NCBI GenBank assembly: GCA_014905635.1
Contig: JABVCE010000039.1
Span: 62,001-126,000, forward strand
DNA from: Scenedesmus sp. PABB004
Taxonomy: Eukaryota
Direction of reading: 5' to 3'
DNA length: 64,000 bases
The notes beneath the pieces were generated by a model that worked only from the letters and a program-made list of their open reading frames with translations, was not told the DNA's origin and did not search any database. Made by a program: the position numbers and the translations under genes. Below, piece by piece: positions 34,734-45,897 of the stretch (positions are counted from its first letter, which is position 1; the number at the start of each line of letters is the position of its first letter).

Positions 34734-35057
34734 CGCGCGTCGGCGCCCAAGCCCCGCGCGTGTGACGCCCCGGCCTGACCCGCGACCAGTGCACCGACGC
34801 AACCACACATCAGCCCGTCCTGCGTGCTGCTCTCGACGCGCAACGAACGACAGCCCACCGCCGCACGCACACGCCAGCCGCCGCTGCTGCTGCCGCGAGC
34901 GCTCGCGCCCGCCAGCTGCTGCGCCCGTGGCAGCGCGTGTGCCCCCCTCACGCCGACCAACCGGAGCTTGGCGCAGCCCTGCGCGCGGCCAGGCGGCCGA
35001 GCGGCGGCCGCACCGGCGCGGCTGCAGCAGCAGCAGCGCGCACTCGGCCGCCCGACC

Positions 35058-36768
35058 ATGGTGCAGGCCGAGCGCCGCCTGCAGGCGCTCAGCGTGGCGG
35101 CGTATGGCTTCAGCTTTTTAGTGTTCGGCGTGCAAGTCAACTTGCTGGGCCCCACCGCGAGCGCGCTCGCCGCGCGCGTCGGCGTCGTCGAGGTCAGCTT
35201 GCCGGCGCGACCGCGCGCCGCTGCCGGCGGCACGCTGCCGGCGCCGCCGCCTCGAGCCGCCGCGCGCCGCGCGCGCACCCGAGCGCGCGCGCGCCCAGCT
35301 CCGCGCCGCGCGACGCGCGTCAGGCCGACCTGGGCGTGATCTTCACGGTCAACGGCGCCGCGAGCATCGTGGGCGCGCTGCCGAGCGGGTGGCTCGTCGA
35401 CCGGCTGCCGGGGCACGCGGTGCTCGGCGCCGCGCTCGCGATGGAGGCCGCCGGCTTTGCGCTCGTCCCCGCGGCGCGCGGCTTTGGCGCGCTCGCGGCC
35501 TGCTTCGCGGCGGTGTCGCTGTCGTGGAACGTCGTCAACACTGCTGGCAACACCTTTGTTCTGTGGATCGGCAATGCCTCGGAGCACCCGCGCGTGCAGG
35601 CGCTCCTGATCAACAGCGTCAACGCGCTCTTCGGCGTCGGCGCCCTCATCGCGCCGCTGCTCGCCGAGCTGTGCGCCGAGCGCGGCGCGCCGCTTGCGGC
35701 GTACTGGCTGGCCGCCGGCCTCACCGCGGCCGCGGCGGCGGCGGTGCTGGCGCTGCCCAGCCCGACGCCGCCGGGCGGCGGCGGCGGCGGCGGCAGCGGG
35801 AGCGGGAGCGGGAGCGGGAGCGGAGCAGCCGCAGCCGCAGCGGCAGCAGCTGCAGAGGCGGAGGCGCTGCTGCGGGACGGCGCCGGAGCGGGCACGGCAG
35901 ACGCAGGCGCGGCGGACGCGGGCGCGGGCGAGGGCGCGGCGTGGTACGGCGGCGGCGCGCTGAGCGTGCTGCTGCTGGTCATCTCTGCCTTCAACTTTCT
36001 AAACGTGGGCACCGAGGTCGCCTTTGGTGAGCGCGGCGCCGCCCCGCCGCCGCGCGGGCGGGCTCGCCGCGCGGCCGCCGCCTGCCGGCGGGCTCGCCGC
36101 CCGCCGCCCGCCGCCGAGCGCCGCCCGCCCGCGAGCGCGCGCGCGCGCGGCTCTCCGCCGCGTCGTCGTCGCGTCGCCGCGCAGGCGGGTGGATCTACAC
36201 CTACGCGGTGGAGCACGTGCGCAGCAGCTCCTCCACCGGGCACTGGGTCAACGCCGTGTACTGGGCGTCCTTCACCGGGGGCCGCGTCGCCGCGAGCTTT
36301 GCCGCGGCGCGGCTCTCTCCCGCGGCGCTGCTGCTGACGTCGCTGCCGATCGCGGTGGCGGGCGCCGGCGCGGCGCTGTTGGCCGGCGCGGGCATGGGGC
36401 CGGGGCTGCTCGCGGCCGTCGCGGCGCTCGTGGGGCTCGGCGTGGCGCCGGGCTTTGCCAACAGCCTGGCGCTGCTGGACGCGGTGCAGCCCTGCACCGG
36501 CGCCATCACGGGCCTGCTCGGCGGCGTCGCGGGCGGCGGCTGTATGCTGGTGCCGCTGCTGGTCGCGCAGCTGGCCAAGCACTCGCCGCTGGGGTACCAG
36601 GCGCTCATGGCCGTCTGCACCGTGAGCTTCGCGGCGCAGCTCGCGCTCGCGGTGACGGCCATTGCGTGCGCGAGACGCTGCCGCGACCTTGACGCCTGCG
36701 CGCGCGACGCGCCGAGCGTGACGCGCGAGGTGCTCGCGCAGCCGCTGCTGCTGGACGGCGAGGCCTGA
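35058..36768 (+). CDS. Major facilitator superfamily transporter (MFSD4/fucose permease-like); 2 introns
   Basis: About 12 hydrophobic segments; LLGPT; GWLVDRL (motif A); FGVGALIAPL; VGTEVAFG/GWIYTYA; YWASFTGGR. Confidence 0.85.
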
Positions 36769-36933
36769 CCCCGGCGGCGGGCGGGGCGTTTGCGCGCGGG
36801 CGAGCGCGCGCGGGGGGCCGTGCGCGGCGCAGCGTGGCGTGGCGTCACCGGCAACAACCGGGCCCGTCACCCGCGCGCGCGGCCGCCGCCGCCCCGCGGT
36901 CCGCGTCACTGCGCGTGCGCGCTCCCGGTCTCG

Positions 36934-39743
36934 TCAGAACGTGACTGTCAGCACGCGGCCGCCGCCCATCTCGTAGACCATGTCCACCGCCTCTGTCAGT
37001 GCGACCTGGCCGAAGCGCGTGATGTAGTTGGCGTTGAGCCGCAGCTCGCGCACCGCGCACTCGGGGTTGGCCTTCAGCGCCTGGCGCGGCGGCGCGACAG
37101 CGGGGCGGGGCGGGGCGTCGGCGGCATGCCCGCGCGCCTCCCTGCGGCGCGCCGCACACACCACCTCCCTCCTTCGCGCCTCCCCTCCGCCTGCCCGCCC
37201 CCCTCCCCAAGCCTCCGCCCCGCGCCCGCCCACCTGCGCGAGCGCGCACGCCCCGTCGTCCTTGACCTCGTTGTACCCCAGGTCCAGCTCGCCCAGCGCC
37301 CGGCTCTCAGCGCTGCGCAGCCCCCGGCTCAGCAGGATCGCGCCGTCGTTGCCCAGCCCGTTGCCGCGCAGGTCGAGCTGGCGCGGCGCCACAGCGGCGC
37401 GCGGCGCGGCGGGGCTCGGCGGCGCGCGGCGGCGGCGCGGCGGCCCCCGCGCGTGTGCGGGCGCGCGCGACGGCGCCGGCGCGGTGCGCGTGCGGCGGCG
37501 CGGCCCACCTGGGTGAGGGTGGTGTTGAACATGAGCAGGTCTGCCAGCGCGCGCGCGCCCTCGCCGCCGCCGACCTTGCACCAGCCCAGCTTGAGCGTCT
37601 CGAGCTTGGTGTCGTGCTTGAAAGCACCTGTGCCGCGGTGATGCGCGGGGCCACGCGCCGGCGCGGGGCCACGCGTCGGCGCGGGGCCACGCGTCGGCGC
37701 GGCAGGGAGGACGGCCGCGCCGCGAGCACGCGCCGCGCGGCCACGTGGACGCCGCACCCGCGATGGTCGCCGCGCCGCCGGGGCCGAGCGGGTTGTACCC
37801 CAGCTCCAGCAGCGTGAGGCTGGGGTGGCTCACCAGCGCGCCCGCGAGCGCGGCCGCGCCCTCGGGCCCCGCGTCGTTGCCGCCGAGGTCGAGGTGGGAC
37901 AGCCGCCTTGGCGCGGCAGCAGGGCGCGCACGCGTGGGCGGCGGGGCGGGGCGGCGGCGTGAGCGCCGCGCCGCCCCGGCCCCCCTCGGCGTGCGCGGGG
38001 CGGCCCGCAGCGGCGCGCGCACTTGCAGTCCTTGAGCGCGGGCGCGAGCGCGGCGAGGCCGGCGTCGCCGAGCTCGTTCATGTAGGCGTTCAGCTCCACC
38101 AGGCTGCCCGCCGCGCTGTGCAGCAGGCGCGCCAGCGGGGCCGCGCTCGCGGCGCTGAGGCTGTTGTTGCCCACGTCGAGCAGCTTCAGCGGCGCGCCGC
38201 GCGCCTGCAGCGCCGTCGCGAGCGCGTCGAGGCCCTCGTCGCCGAGCTCGTTGCCCCGCAGGCCGAGCTCGGCCAGGCTGGTGTTGGCCGTCAGCGCCTC
38301 GGCCAGGACCTTGGCGCCTGCCGCGCGCGGGGGCGGGGCGGGCGCGCAGGCGGCGCGGCGGCAGGGTCGCGGCGCGCGCGCCGCCGAGGCGCCGGCCGCG
38401 GCGTGCCGTGACTGCCGCCACACGCCCTCTCCCCCGTCCCTCCCCCCTGCCCCCCCCTCCCCTGCCCCGGCGGGGGCGCACCCTCCACGCCGAGGTAGTT
38501 GTCACTCAGGGTGAGGCTGGTCAGCGTGGTGTTGGCCGCCAGCGCCTCGGCCAGCGCGCGCGCGCCAGACACGTCGATCGCGTTGCCACTGGCAGGAGCA
38601 GCGGCAGCGGCAGCGGCGGACCGCGGCGGCGGCGGCGGGTCGGCCGACCGCGGCGGCGCGGTCGCGGCCGGTCGCGGCGCGCGCCGCGACACGCCGCGGG
38701 CCGCGCTGCAGCTGCCGGCGGCTGCGGCGGCGCGGGTGTCGTGGCGCGCCTGAGGTCGAGGCGCGTGAGCGTGGTGTTGAGCTTCAGGCCCTCCGCCAGC
38801 GCCGCCGCGCCGGCGTCGCCGATGCCGTTGGCGCCGAGGTCCAGCGCCAGCAGCAGGCCGTTGCCGCTCAGCTTCGCCGCCAGCAGCGCCGCGCCCTCGT
38901 CGCCTGCGGCAGCGGCCCCGGCGCGGGGCGCGGGGTCGGGGCCGGCGCGCGTGCGGGGGCGGCGCGGGCCCTTCCCGCCCAAGCGCGGCCGCGCCGCCGC
39001 GCCGCCGCACCGATGGCGTTGGTGTGCAGCTTGAGCTGCTGCAGCGCGCACGTCGGCAGCACCTCGGCGAGCTGCGCCGCGCCGAGGGGGCCGAGGCCGT
39101 TGTTGCTGAAGTCGGCGCTCGCGCAGGAGGTGTTGAATGCGAGGCTCTCAATCACGTACGCGCCGCCCTCGTCGCCCAGGTTCTTGCCCGACAGGTCGGC
39201 GGCCGCGCTGTTCTGGAGCAGGCTGGAGAGCTCGTTCAGCCGCGCCGCGGCCTGCCGCTGCAGGCGCTTGGCCGCAAAGCCCGCCGACACCGCGTCGAGG
39301 CCCGCGCCCGCGACGGAGCGCAGCGCGCCGCCGATGAGGGAGCGATACGCGCCCAGCACGAGCGCCGCCGCGACGCCCGCGGCGGCGAGGTACACGGGCG
39401 CCTGCCCGCGCGCGCCGCGCGGCGGCGCGACCTGCGCGTGCTGCACCGACACGCCGCGCGCGGCCTTCTGCTGCTGCTGCTGCTGCTGCTGGAACTGCTG
39501 GCGGGCGCCGCCGGCCTGCTGCGCCGCCTCGGCGGTGCTCCACAGCGGTTGCTGCTGCCGCGCCGCGCCGCCCCCCGCCGGCTGCGCCTGCTGCTGATCG
39601 GCGGCCTGCCCGCTGGCAGCAGCCGGGGCGCACCGCCACGCCCGGTCCCGGCGGGGCAGGCGGCCGCTGCCAGTGCGGCAGGCAGGTGCTGCTGCTGCCG
39701 CGCCCGGGCGCCGCGCGGGCGCGGCGCAGGCGTGGCGCAGCAT
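36934..39743 (-). CDS. Plastid-targeted RNI-like leucine-rich repeat protein (resembles Arabidopsis EMB2004 type); about 7 introns
   Basis: Transit peptide; one TM segment (VYLAAAGVAAALVLGAY); repeated LxLxxNxIGDEGAxxLA units; C-terminus NYITRFGQVALTEAVDMVYEM. Confidence 0.85.
37645..37698. repeat. Intronic 18-bp tandem repeat x3
   Basis: gcggggccacgcg(c/t)cggc three times. Confidence 0.85.
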
Positions 39744-39942
39744 GTCGGGCGTGTCTAGAACGTGCGTGCGAGGTCCGGGGCCGGGCGCGCGTGGCGGGCG
39801 GGGGCGCGTGGAGAGCAGGCGGGTCGATCGATCGATACGATGCCACGCTCCCGCGTGCACGCGCGCGCCGATCTTCCCCGAGAGCGTGTGACGTGCGCAG
39901 CGACCGGCGGGAGTGCCTTTGCGTCCGCTGCCGAGGAACAAG

Positions 39943-39947
39943 TTACA
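39943..39947 (-). promoter_or_regulatory. TGTAA polyadenylation signal of EGY2
   Basis: TTACA on the + strand ~85 bp past the stop at 40032. Confidence 0.6.
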
Positions 39948-40031
39948 CCGGCGGCGGCGGCGGTGCACCGGCGGCGGTGCCCGGCGGCGGTCCACGCGGC
40001 GCGCTGCCAGCGACCCCCGCGCGGCGCCGTG

Positions 40032-42285
40032 TCAGAACGGCGTGGGGTCGGGCAGCTGCTGCACGGCCATCAGCAGCTCAATCGGGTAGGGCAGCAGGAC
40101 CAGCAGCGGCAGCCCAAGGAGCGCAAACGCGGTGTTGCGCGCGCCCGCGTCGGTCGGCACGCTGAGCTCCTCCTGGCAGGGCAGCTGCGGGCCGCGCTGC
40201 AGCGCGAGCACGAGGGCGACCCAGTAGAAGAGCAGCGGGTTTGAGAAGGACCAGATGGCCATGCCGATGATGGTCAGCACGCCCACAGCCGTCGCGGCCC
40301 TGCGACCGGTGACCAGCGCGCAGTGCGCGGTCGGCGGCGCCGCGGCGCGGTGCGCGATCGGCCTCGCCCGGCGCGCGCGGCGAGGCTGCACGGGCACAGG
40401 GCCCCCAAGGGCATGAGGGACCGCCGCGCGCCTGGCCCTCACCGCCGGCCGAAGAGCGCGAGCGCGATGCGCCCGCCGTCGAGCTCGCCCGTGGGGAGCA
40501 GGTTGAGCGCGTTGACCGCCAGCCCCGCCCAGCCCGCCACAAACAGGCTGCTCACCTGGACCTGCGCGTGACGTTCGCCGCGGCGGCGCGCGGCGGTGCG
40601 CGGCGGTCGGCGCCGCGGCGGCGGCGGCGCGCGCGCGCGCGCCGCCGGGCCCTCCCCAGTCCAAGCGGCGCGCCGCGCCGTGCCTCGGGCTGCGCGAGCG
40701 CGTCGCCCAGCACCGCCTGGCCGAGCGCGCCGACGAGCAGGCTGTCCGCGAGCGCGGGGGAGTCGATGGTCAGGTCGCCCAGCCCCGCGCCGGTGAGGCC
40801 CAACCCCGCCAGCAGCAGCGCGGCGCTCGCGGCCGCGCCCGCGGCGGGGCCCGCGAGCGCCACGTCCAGCAGCGCCGCGCGGCTGGGGACAAAGCCCCTG
40901 AACCGTGTGATGCCGCCGAACGACCCCAGGAAGCCAAAGCCCGCGGGGACGATCAGCGGCAGGTACAGCGCGACGTCGCCCCGCCGCGCCGCCGCGGCGC
41001 GGTGCCCCGCCTCGTGCGCGAGCAGCGTCGCCCAGAACGCGCCCGCGAGCGGCAGCGCGTCCAGCACGTCCTGCGCGAGCGCCGCCGGCGCCGGCGGCGG
41101 CGGCGGTCGCCGCGCGTCGCCGCCGGCAGCGGCGCGCCGCGCGCTGGGCGCCGCGCCCCTGCCGCCGCGCGCTGGGCGCCGCCCCTGCCGCCGCGCCTGC
41201 TGTGAGAGGTGTGTGTAGAAGGGGTTGATGAGGAACTGGAAGAGGGGGATGCCCGCGGCCTGCAGGCTGCTCACGACGGAGCCGAGCCCAAACGCGACGC
41301 AGAGCCACACCTCGGTCACGCGGCTCAGCGCGCCCTCGCGCGCGCTCGCCGGCAGCAGCACCGCCGTCGGCTGCTCCTCCTTGTCCTCCAGCAGGAAGAG
41401 CTGCCACTTGTCGCCCATCACCTCCTGACCCGGGGCGGCGGCGGGCATGTCGCAGGGCAGCTCAACAGGGCGCGCTCGGGCGCCGATCTTGCGGCGGCCC
41501 CGCACCGCCGCGCCCCCCCCCACCCGGCGCGCCCGGCGCGCCGCGCCGCGTGCGGCACCTGCAGGCGGGCGCGCATCTTGGCGTACGCAGTCGCCGCGTC
41601 CTTGGCGCGCACGTTGCCCTTGAACACCACGCCGGCCTCCTGGTAGTTCTCAACGCTCGTCACCCACCTGCGCCCGCGGCGGCCGCGGGCGGCCCGCCGT
41701 GTGAGCGCGCGCGTGCCGGGGCCGCCCCCGCGCCGGGCGCGCCCCGCCCCTCGGCGGCAGCTCAGCGGGCACTCCACGCACATCGTGTCGTAGCCAAACA
41801 CGGCTGACCGCAGCGCCTCGACCTCGGCGCGCGAGACGCGCAGCTCCGCCGCGTCGGCGCCCTCGATCGCGGGGTTGGCCGCGCCCGGCGCGTCGGCAGC
41901 AGCAGCGGCCAGCGGCGCCGGCGGCGTGGGCGGCGCCTCGGGCGCGGCCTCGGCCGGCGCGGCGGGCGCGGCGGGCTCGACGTCGGTGCCGGTGAGCCGC
42001 GCGAGCGCGTCGATCGCCGACTCTGCGCTGCCGCCGCCGCCGCCGCCGCTGGCACCGTCCTGCTGCTCGTCGCCGCCCGCCCTGCAGACGCGCCGCCGGC
42101 GCAGCGGCCCGGGCGCCGCGCCGCGCGCCGGCCTGCGGGCAGCGGCGCAGCGGCAGCGCGTGAGCGGGCCAGCGGCGTCCCAGCGCGCTGCGCCCTGCTC
42201 CAGCGCAGCGCATTGGCACACACGCGACGCGAGACGACGCGCCGCGGGCCCGCCAGGCGTGGGGCTGGGCGCGGCGCAGCAGCAT
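40032..42285 (-). CDS. EGY2: Chloroplast M50 (site-2) intramembrane metalloprotease, EGY2-like; 5' end uncertain
   Basis: VFGYDTM/WVTSVENYQEAGVVFKGNVR; AHEAGH; LGSFGGIT; DVALAGPAAG; NALNLLPTGELDGGRI; LQRGPQLPCQEELS. The start ATG is not securely placed. Confidence 0.85.
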
Positions 42286-42746
42286 CGCGGCGCCGCTACT
42301 GCTCCAACAGGACGTCTTGGCCTGCGTGGGAGCGTCACGCGTGGGCGTCACGGCGCGGTGTACGCGACGGCCGAACGTGCGCCGCGTGCGGGGCGGCCGA
42401 TCGTTGCGTGTTGTCCGTCAAAAACGAGCGGCGGCGTCGAGCGCTTTTGCGCGCACGCCGTCGTCCGCAGCCGTCGCGCGCACCGTCTTGGTTGCTGGCG
42501 GACGCACGCAGTCTCCCGACAAGGCCCGCACCAACGCACCGCGACCGCTCGCTGCTGCGCCCGCTGCTGCTGCGGCGGCCGCGCGAAGCGCCGCAGCAGC
42601 CTGCCGGCAGCGCCCCGCACCCCGCCAGCAGGCTCCCGGGCCGGCGTCCGGCGGCGCGGGCGGCCGGCGCCGCGCCGGCGCGCCGGCGGCGCGGCGCGGC
42701 GCGGTGCCCGTGCAACCGCCGCTGCTCGCGCGTCGCCCGCGCCGGC

Positions 42747-43745
42747 ATGGGCGCGGTCGCGCTGTTCGGCCACGCGCTGCTGGGGCTGGGCCCGGGGCTG
42801 GCATTCTTCGTGGTCGTGCTGTCGCCCAAGAGCTTCGTCGTGCTCCTCTCCCTCTTCAGCGCGTTTGCGTGGCTTGTCGTGCTGCTCGCGACGAGCGCGC
42901 TCTTCCGCGGCTTCGTGCCGCTGCACAGCACGCAGCCGGCGTACGCGGGCGCGCTGCTCGCGGCGGTCGCGGTCGAGGAGGCGGCGCGGCTCGGCGTCGT
43001 CGCCGCGCACCGCCGCGTGTGCGGCCGCCTCGCGGCGATGAGCCGGCGCAGCGGGCACTCGTTTGGGCCGGCCGAGGCCCTGCTGCTCGCGCTCGGCTGG
43101 GGCTACGGCCACGCGGCGGTGCACGGGCTCATCTTCTTCGGCTCCCTCCTCCCGCTCACGCTTGGCGACGGCACCGCCTACGCGCCGGCCTGCCCCGCGC
43201 TGAGCGTGTTCCTCGTCGCCGCGCTCAACGCGCTCGGCATGGGCGCCACGCTCGTCGCGACGAGCGTCATCGCCCTGCACGCGTGGCGCCCCGGCGGCGG
43301 CGCGCTCGGCCGCGCGTACGCGCCGCTCGCGCACGCCGGCGGCGCGCTGCTGGTGCGGCGCGGCGCGGCGACGGGCGGGCGCGCGGGCGCGCGGGCCGCG
43401 GCAGTGCGGCGCCGCTCACCCCCGCCGCCTCGCCCCCGCCGCGCCGCGCCGCAGACTCTGGGCAGCTTCCGGCCGGGCGGCTGCACCGCCGCGGTGGCGG
43501 CGCAGCTGGCGCTGGGCCTCGTCAACGTGTGGTTCGCCGCCGCCCTGGCCTGGCGCGCAGGGGGCGGCGCACGGCGCGGCAGCGCCCCGGGCGGCGGCGG
43601 CGGCGGCGGCGCGGGGCCGCGCCCCGCGGCGGTGGCGGCGTCGGCGGCCGGCGCCGGCGTCGGCGGCTGGGCGGGCGACGCGGTGGCGGCGCAGCCCAGC
43701 CCGCGCGCGCTGCCGTCCCGCCTGTTGCGCAGCCGCGGCAGCTGA
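42747..43745 (+). CDS. APH1: Gamma-secretase subunit APH-1; 1 intron
   Basis: MGAVALFGHALLGLGPGLAFF; SAFAWLV; VEEAARL; LALGWGYGH (GxxxG); LGDGTAYAPACP; AHAGGALL/TL. Confidence 0.88.
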   Translation: MGAVALFGHALLGLGPGLAFFVVVLSPKSFVVLLSLFSAFAWLVVLLATSALFRGFVPLHSTQPAYAGALLAAVAVEEAARLGVVAAHRRVCGRLAAMSRRSGHSFGPAEALLLALGWGYGHAAVHGLIFFGSLLPLTLGDGTAYAPACPALSVFLVAALNALGMGATLVATSVIALHAWRPGGGALGRAYAPLAHAGGALLVRRGAATGGRAGARAAAVRRRSPPPPRPRRAAPQTLGSFRPGGCTAAVAAQLALGLVNVWFAAALAWRAGGGARRGSAPGGGGGGGAGPRPAAVAASAAGAGVGGWAGDAVAAQPSPRALPSRLLRSRGS

Positions 43746-43787
43746 CCGGGCGGCGGCCGTCGCGCGGCTCGGGCGGCGCGGCGTTGT

Positions 43788-43861
43788 GCAGCAGCGGCGG
43801 TGCGTTGTGCTCTGCCTCACCGACGCTGGCGAGGCAGAGCACAACGCACCGCCGCTGCTGC
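43788..43861. repeat. Perfect 31-bp inverted repeat with a 12-nt loop (hairpin) in the APH-1 3' UTR
   Basis: gcagcagcggcggtgcgttgtgctctgcctc (43788-43818) is the exact reverse complement of 43831-43861. Confidence 0.95.
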
Positions 43862-43937
43862 GTGCTGCGCGCCGCGGGCGGTGACGTCGCGCTGGCGCGT
43901 GCGGAGCCGCTGCTCGCCGAGCTGGCGGCGCAGGTGT

Positions 43938-43942
43938 TGTAA
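43938..43942 (+). promoter_or_regulatory. TGTAA polyadenylation signal of APH-1
   Basis: TGTAA ~190 bp after the stop and downstream of the hairpin. Confidence 0.6.
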
Positions 43943-44234
43943 AAGCTGGTGCTCGCGCCGGTCAGCGCAGGGCCACACGTGCGCACGGAGGCGCGGAGCG
44001 ACCGACGCAAAGCCCTGAGAACGTGGCGGCTGGCTGCCGCCGCCCCCCCCCCCCCCACACACACACACACCGGCGCCAGTGTCTGGTGGACGCCCCCGTT
44101 CCAGCGGCAGCGACAGCAGCGCGGCGGCAGCGCCGGCGGCGGCAGCAGCGGCGCCAGCGGCGGCGGCGGCAGCAGCGGCGCAGTGGTGCGCCGCCGGCTC
44201 CTGGCGTCGCGGGGTGGCGTGGGGTGGCGCTGAG

Positions 44235-45566
44235 ATGGCGGACAGCCCGGCGTTCATGGGCGCCGCGCTCGCCGTGTACGCCGGCGAGGTGCGGCGCGCG
44301 ATTGCGGCGGAGGAGGAGCGCCTGGCGAGCCTCTGCACGGCGCAGGACGCGGCGGCCTCCACGCTGGAGGTGCTGGCGGCGCTGCCGGGCAAGCTGCGGC
44401 ACGGGTGCATGGTGCCGCTGGGGCGGCACGCCTTCGTGCCAGGCCACCTCGCCCGCACCAACGAGCTGCTGGTGCACCTGGGCGACGCCTACTACGCCGA
44501 GGTGTCCGCCACCGCGGCGCGTGGCATCCTGCAGCGGCGGCTGGAGGTGCTCGGCGGCGGCGTCGCCAAGGCGGAGCAGCAGCTCGCCGCGCTGCGCGGC
44601 CGCCTCGCGCTCAGCGCCCGCGGCGGCCTGGCCCCCGAGCCCGAGGGCGAGGCGCGCGAGATCCGGAGCACGCTGGAGGAGAGCGACGCGCTGCTGGCGA
44701 GCGCGAAGCGCGCGGGTCGCGGCGCGCACGCGGCGGGGGCCGCTGTTGGGGGCGGCCCGCGCGTGCGCTCGGCGGGCGGCTACAGCTACACGCGGCCCGG
44801 CGGCCCGCCCGCCGCAGCGCCGGGGGAGGCCGACGCTGCGCTGGCGGCGCGGCTGGAGGAGCTGATCGCCCTGGAGGCGGCCGGCGAGGCGGCGGCCGGC
44901 GGCGGGGGCGGGCTGGGCAGCATCGCTGAGGGCGACGAGGAGGCGGCCGACGGCAGCGGCGACGCGCGGCCGGCGGCGGCCGCCGCGCCGCTGCTGAGCG
45001 CGGTGCAGCAGCTGCAGGCGCTCGAGGCGGCGCCAGACAGCGACGACGAGGACGAGGGCGCCGCCCAGCCGCCCGCGTCCCGGCGGCAGCGCCCCGCCGC
45101 GGCAGGCGCAGCGCTGGCGCGCCCGCCGAACCCGCCGCAGCAGCGGCCGCAGCAGCAGCAGCGAGGCGTGAGCTGGGGCTCCGCCGCTGCCGCCGCCGCC
45201 GGCGCCGCCCCGGCAGCCGGGCGCGTGCCGCCCAAGCCGGCGCTGAAGCGGGGCTTCCTGACGCCCCCCGCAAAGGGCGGCAGCAGCAGCGCCGCCGGTG
45301 GCGGCGGCGGCGGCGGCGGCCCGGCGGCAGCGCCGGACAGCGGCAGAGGCGGCAGCGGCGGCGGCGGCACCGGTGGCGGCGGCGGCAGCGCCCAGCCGGC
45401 GCAGGCGCCCGAGCCGGCGTTCACCGGCGACGTGATCGAGCGTGGCGGCGGCGATGTGGCGGAGCACGCGCTGCCGCCACCGCCGCCGCCTGCGGCGCCC
45501 GGCGGCGCGCGGATCAGCAGGTTCAAGGCGCAGCGGCTCGGGCTCGCGCCGCCGCCTGACGAGTGA
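44235..45566 (+). CDS. URI1: Unconventional prefoldin RPB5 interactor (URI/Bud27); intronless
   Basis: Prefoldin-alpha motif MVPLGRHAFVPGHLARTNELLVHLGDAYYAEVS; FTGDVIER; C-terminal URI box ISRFKAQR. Confidence 0.88.
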   Translation: MADSPAFMGAALAVYAGEVRRAIAAEEERLASLCTAQDAAASTLEVLAALPGKLRHGCMVPLGRHAFVPGHLARTNELLVHLGDAYYAEVSATAARGILQRRLEVLGGGVAKAEQQLAALRGRLALSARGGLAPEPEGEAREIRSTLEESDALLASAKRAGRGAHAAGAAVGGGPRVRSAGGYSYTRPGGPPAAAPGEADAALAARLEELIALEAAGEAAAGGGGGLGSIAEGDEEAADGSGDARPAAAAAPLLSAVQQLQALEAAPDSDDEDEGAAQPPASRRQRPAAAGAALARPPNPPQQRPQQQQRGVSWGSAAAAAAGAAPAAGRVPPKPALKRGFLTPPAKGGSSSAAGGGGGGGGPAAAPDSGRGGSGGGGTGGGGGSAQPAQAPEPAFTGDVIERGGGDVAEHALPPPPPPAAPGGARISRFKAQRLGLAPPPDE

Positions 45567-45897
45567 CGCTCAAAGACTTTTTGCCGCTCTCCTCCCTTTG
45601 GCGGCGATCCCTGCGAGTCCATTCACCAGCCGCGGGCTGGGAGCAGCCGCCGCCAACCGCCCCAACCGCGCTGCCGCGACAGCAGAACGCGCGCGCGCGC
45701 CACCGCCGCTGCCAGCAGCAGCAGCGAGCGGGGCTGGCGATCGCGGTCGCTCGCTGCGAAAGCTCCTGCATCAGCAGCCGGCGGGCCCTCGCCCTCGCCC
45801 CCGCAGCGCGGAGGCGGGCCTGCGCGAGCAGCGCATGATGGCGCGGCGCCGTGCGGCGCGCTAGCAGGCCCCCGCGCCCCAGGCGCTGGCCCTGGCG

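Noticed and set aside
37645..37698. Short direct repeats as a possible CRISPR array or mobile element
   Set aside because: Repeats are contiguous with no spacers; no cas, transposase or reverse transcriptase motifs were seen anywhere in the window; the context is eukaryotic
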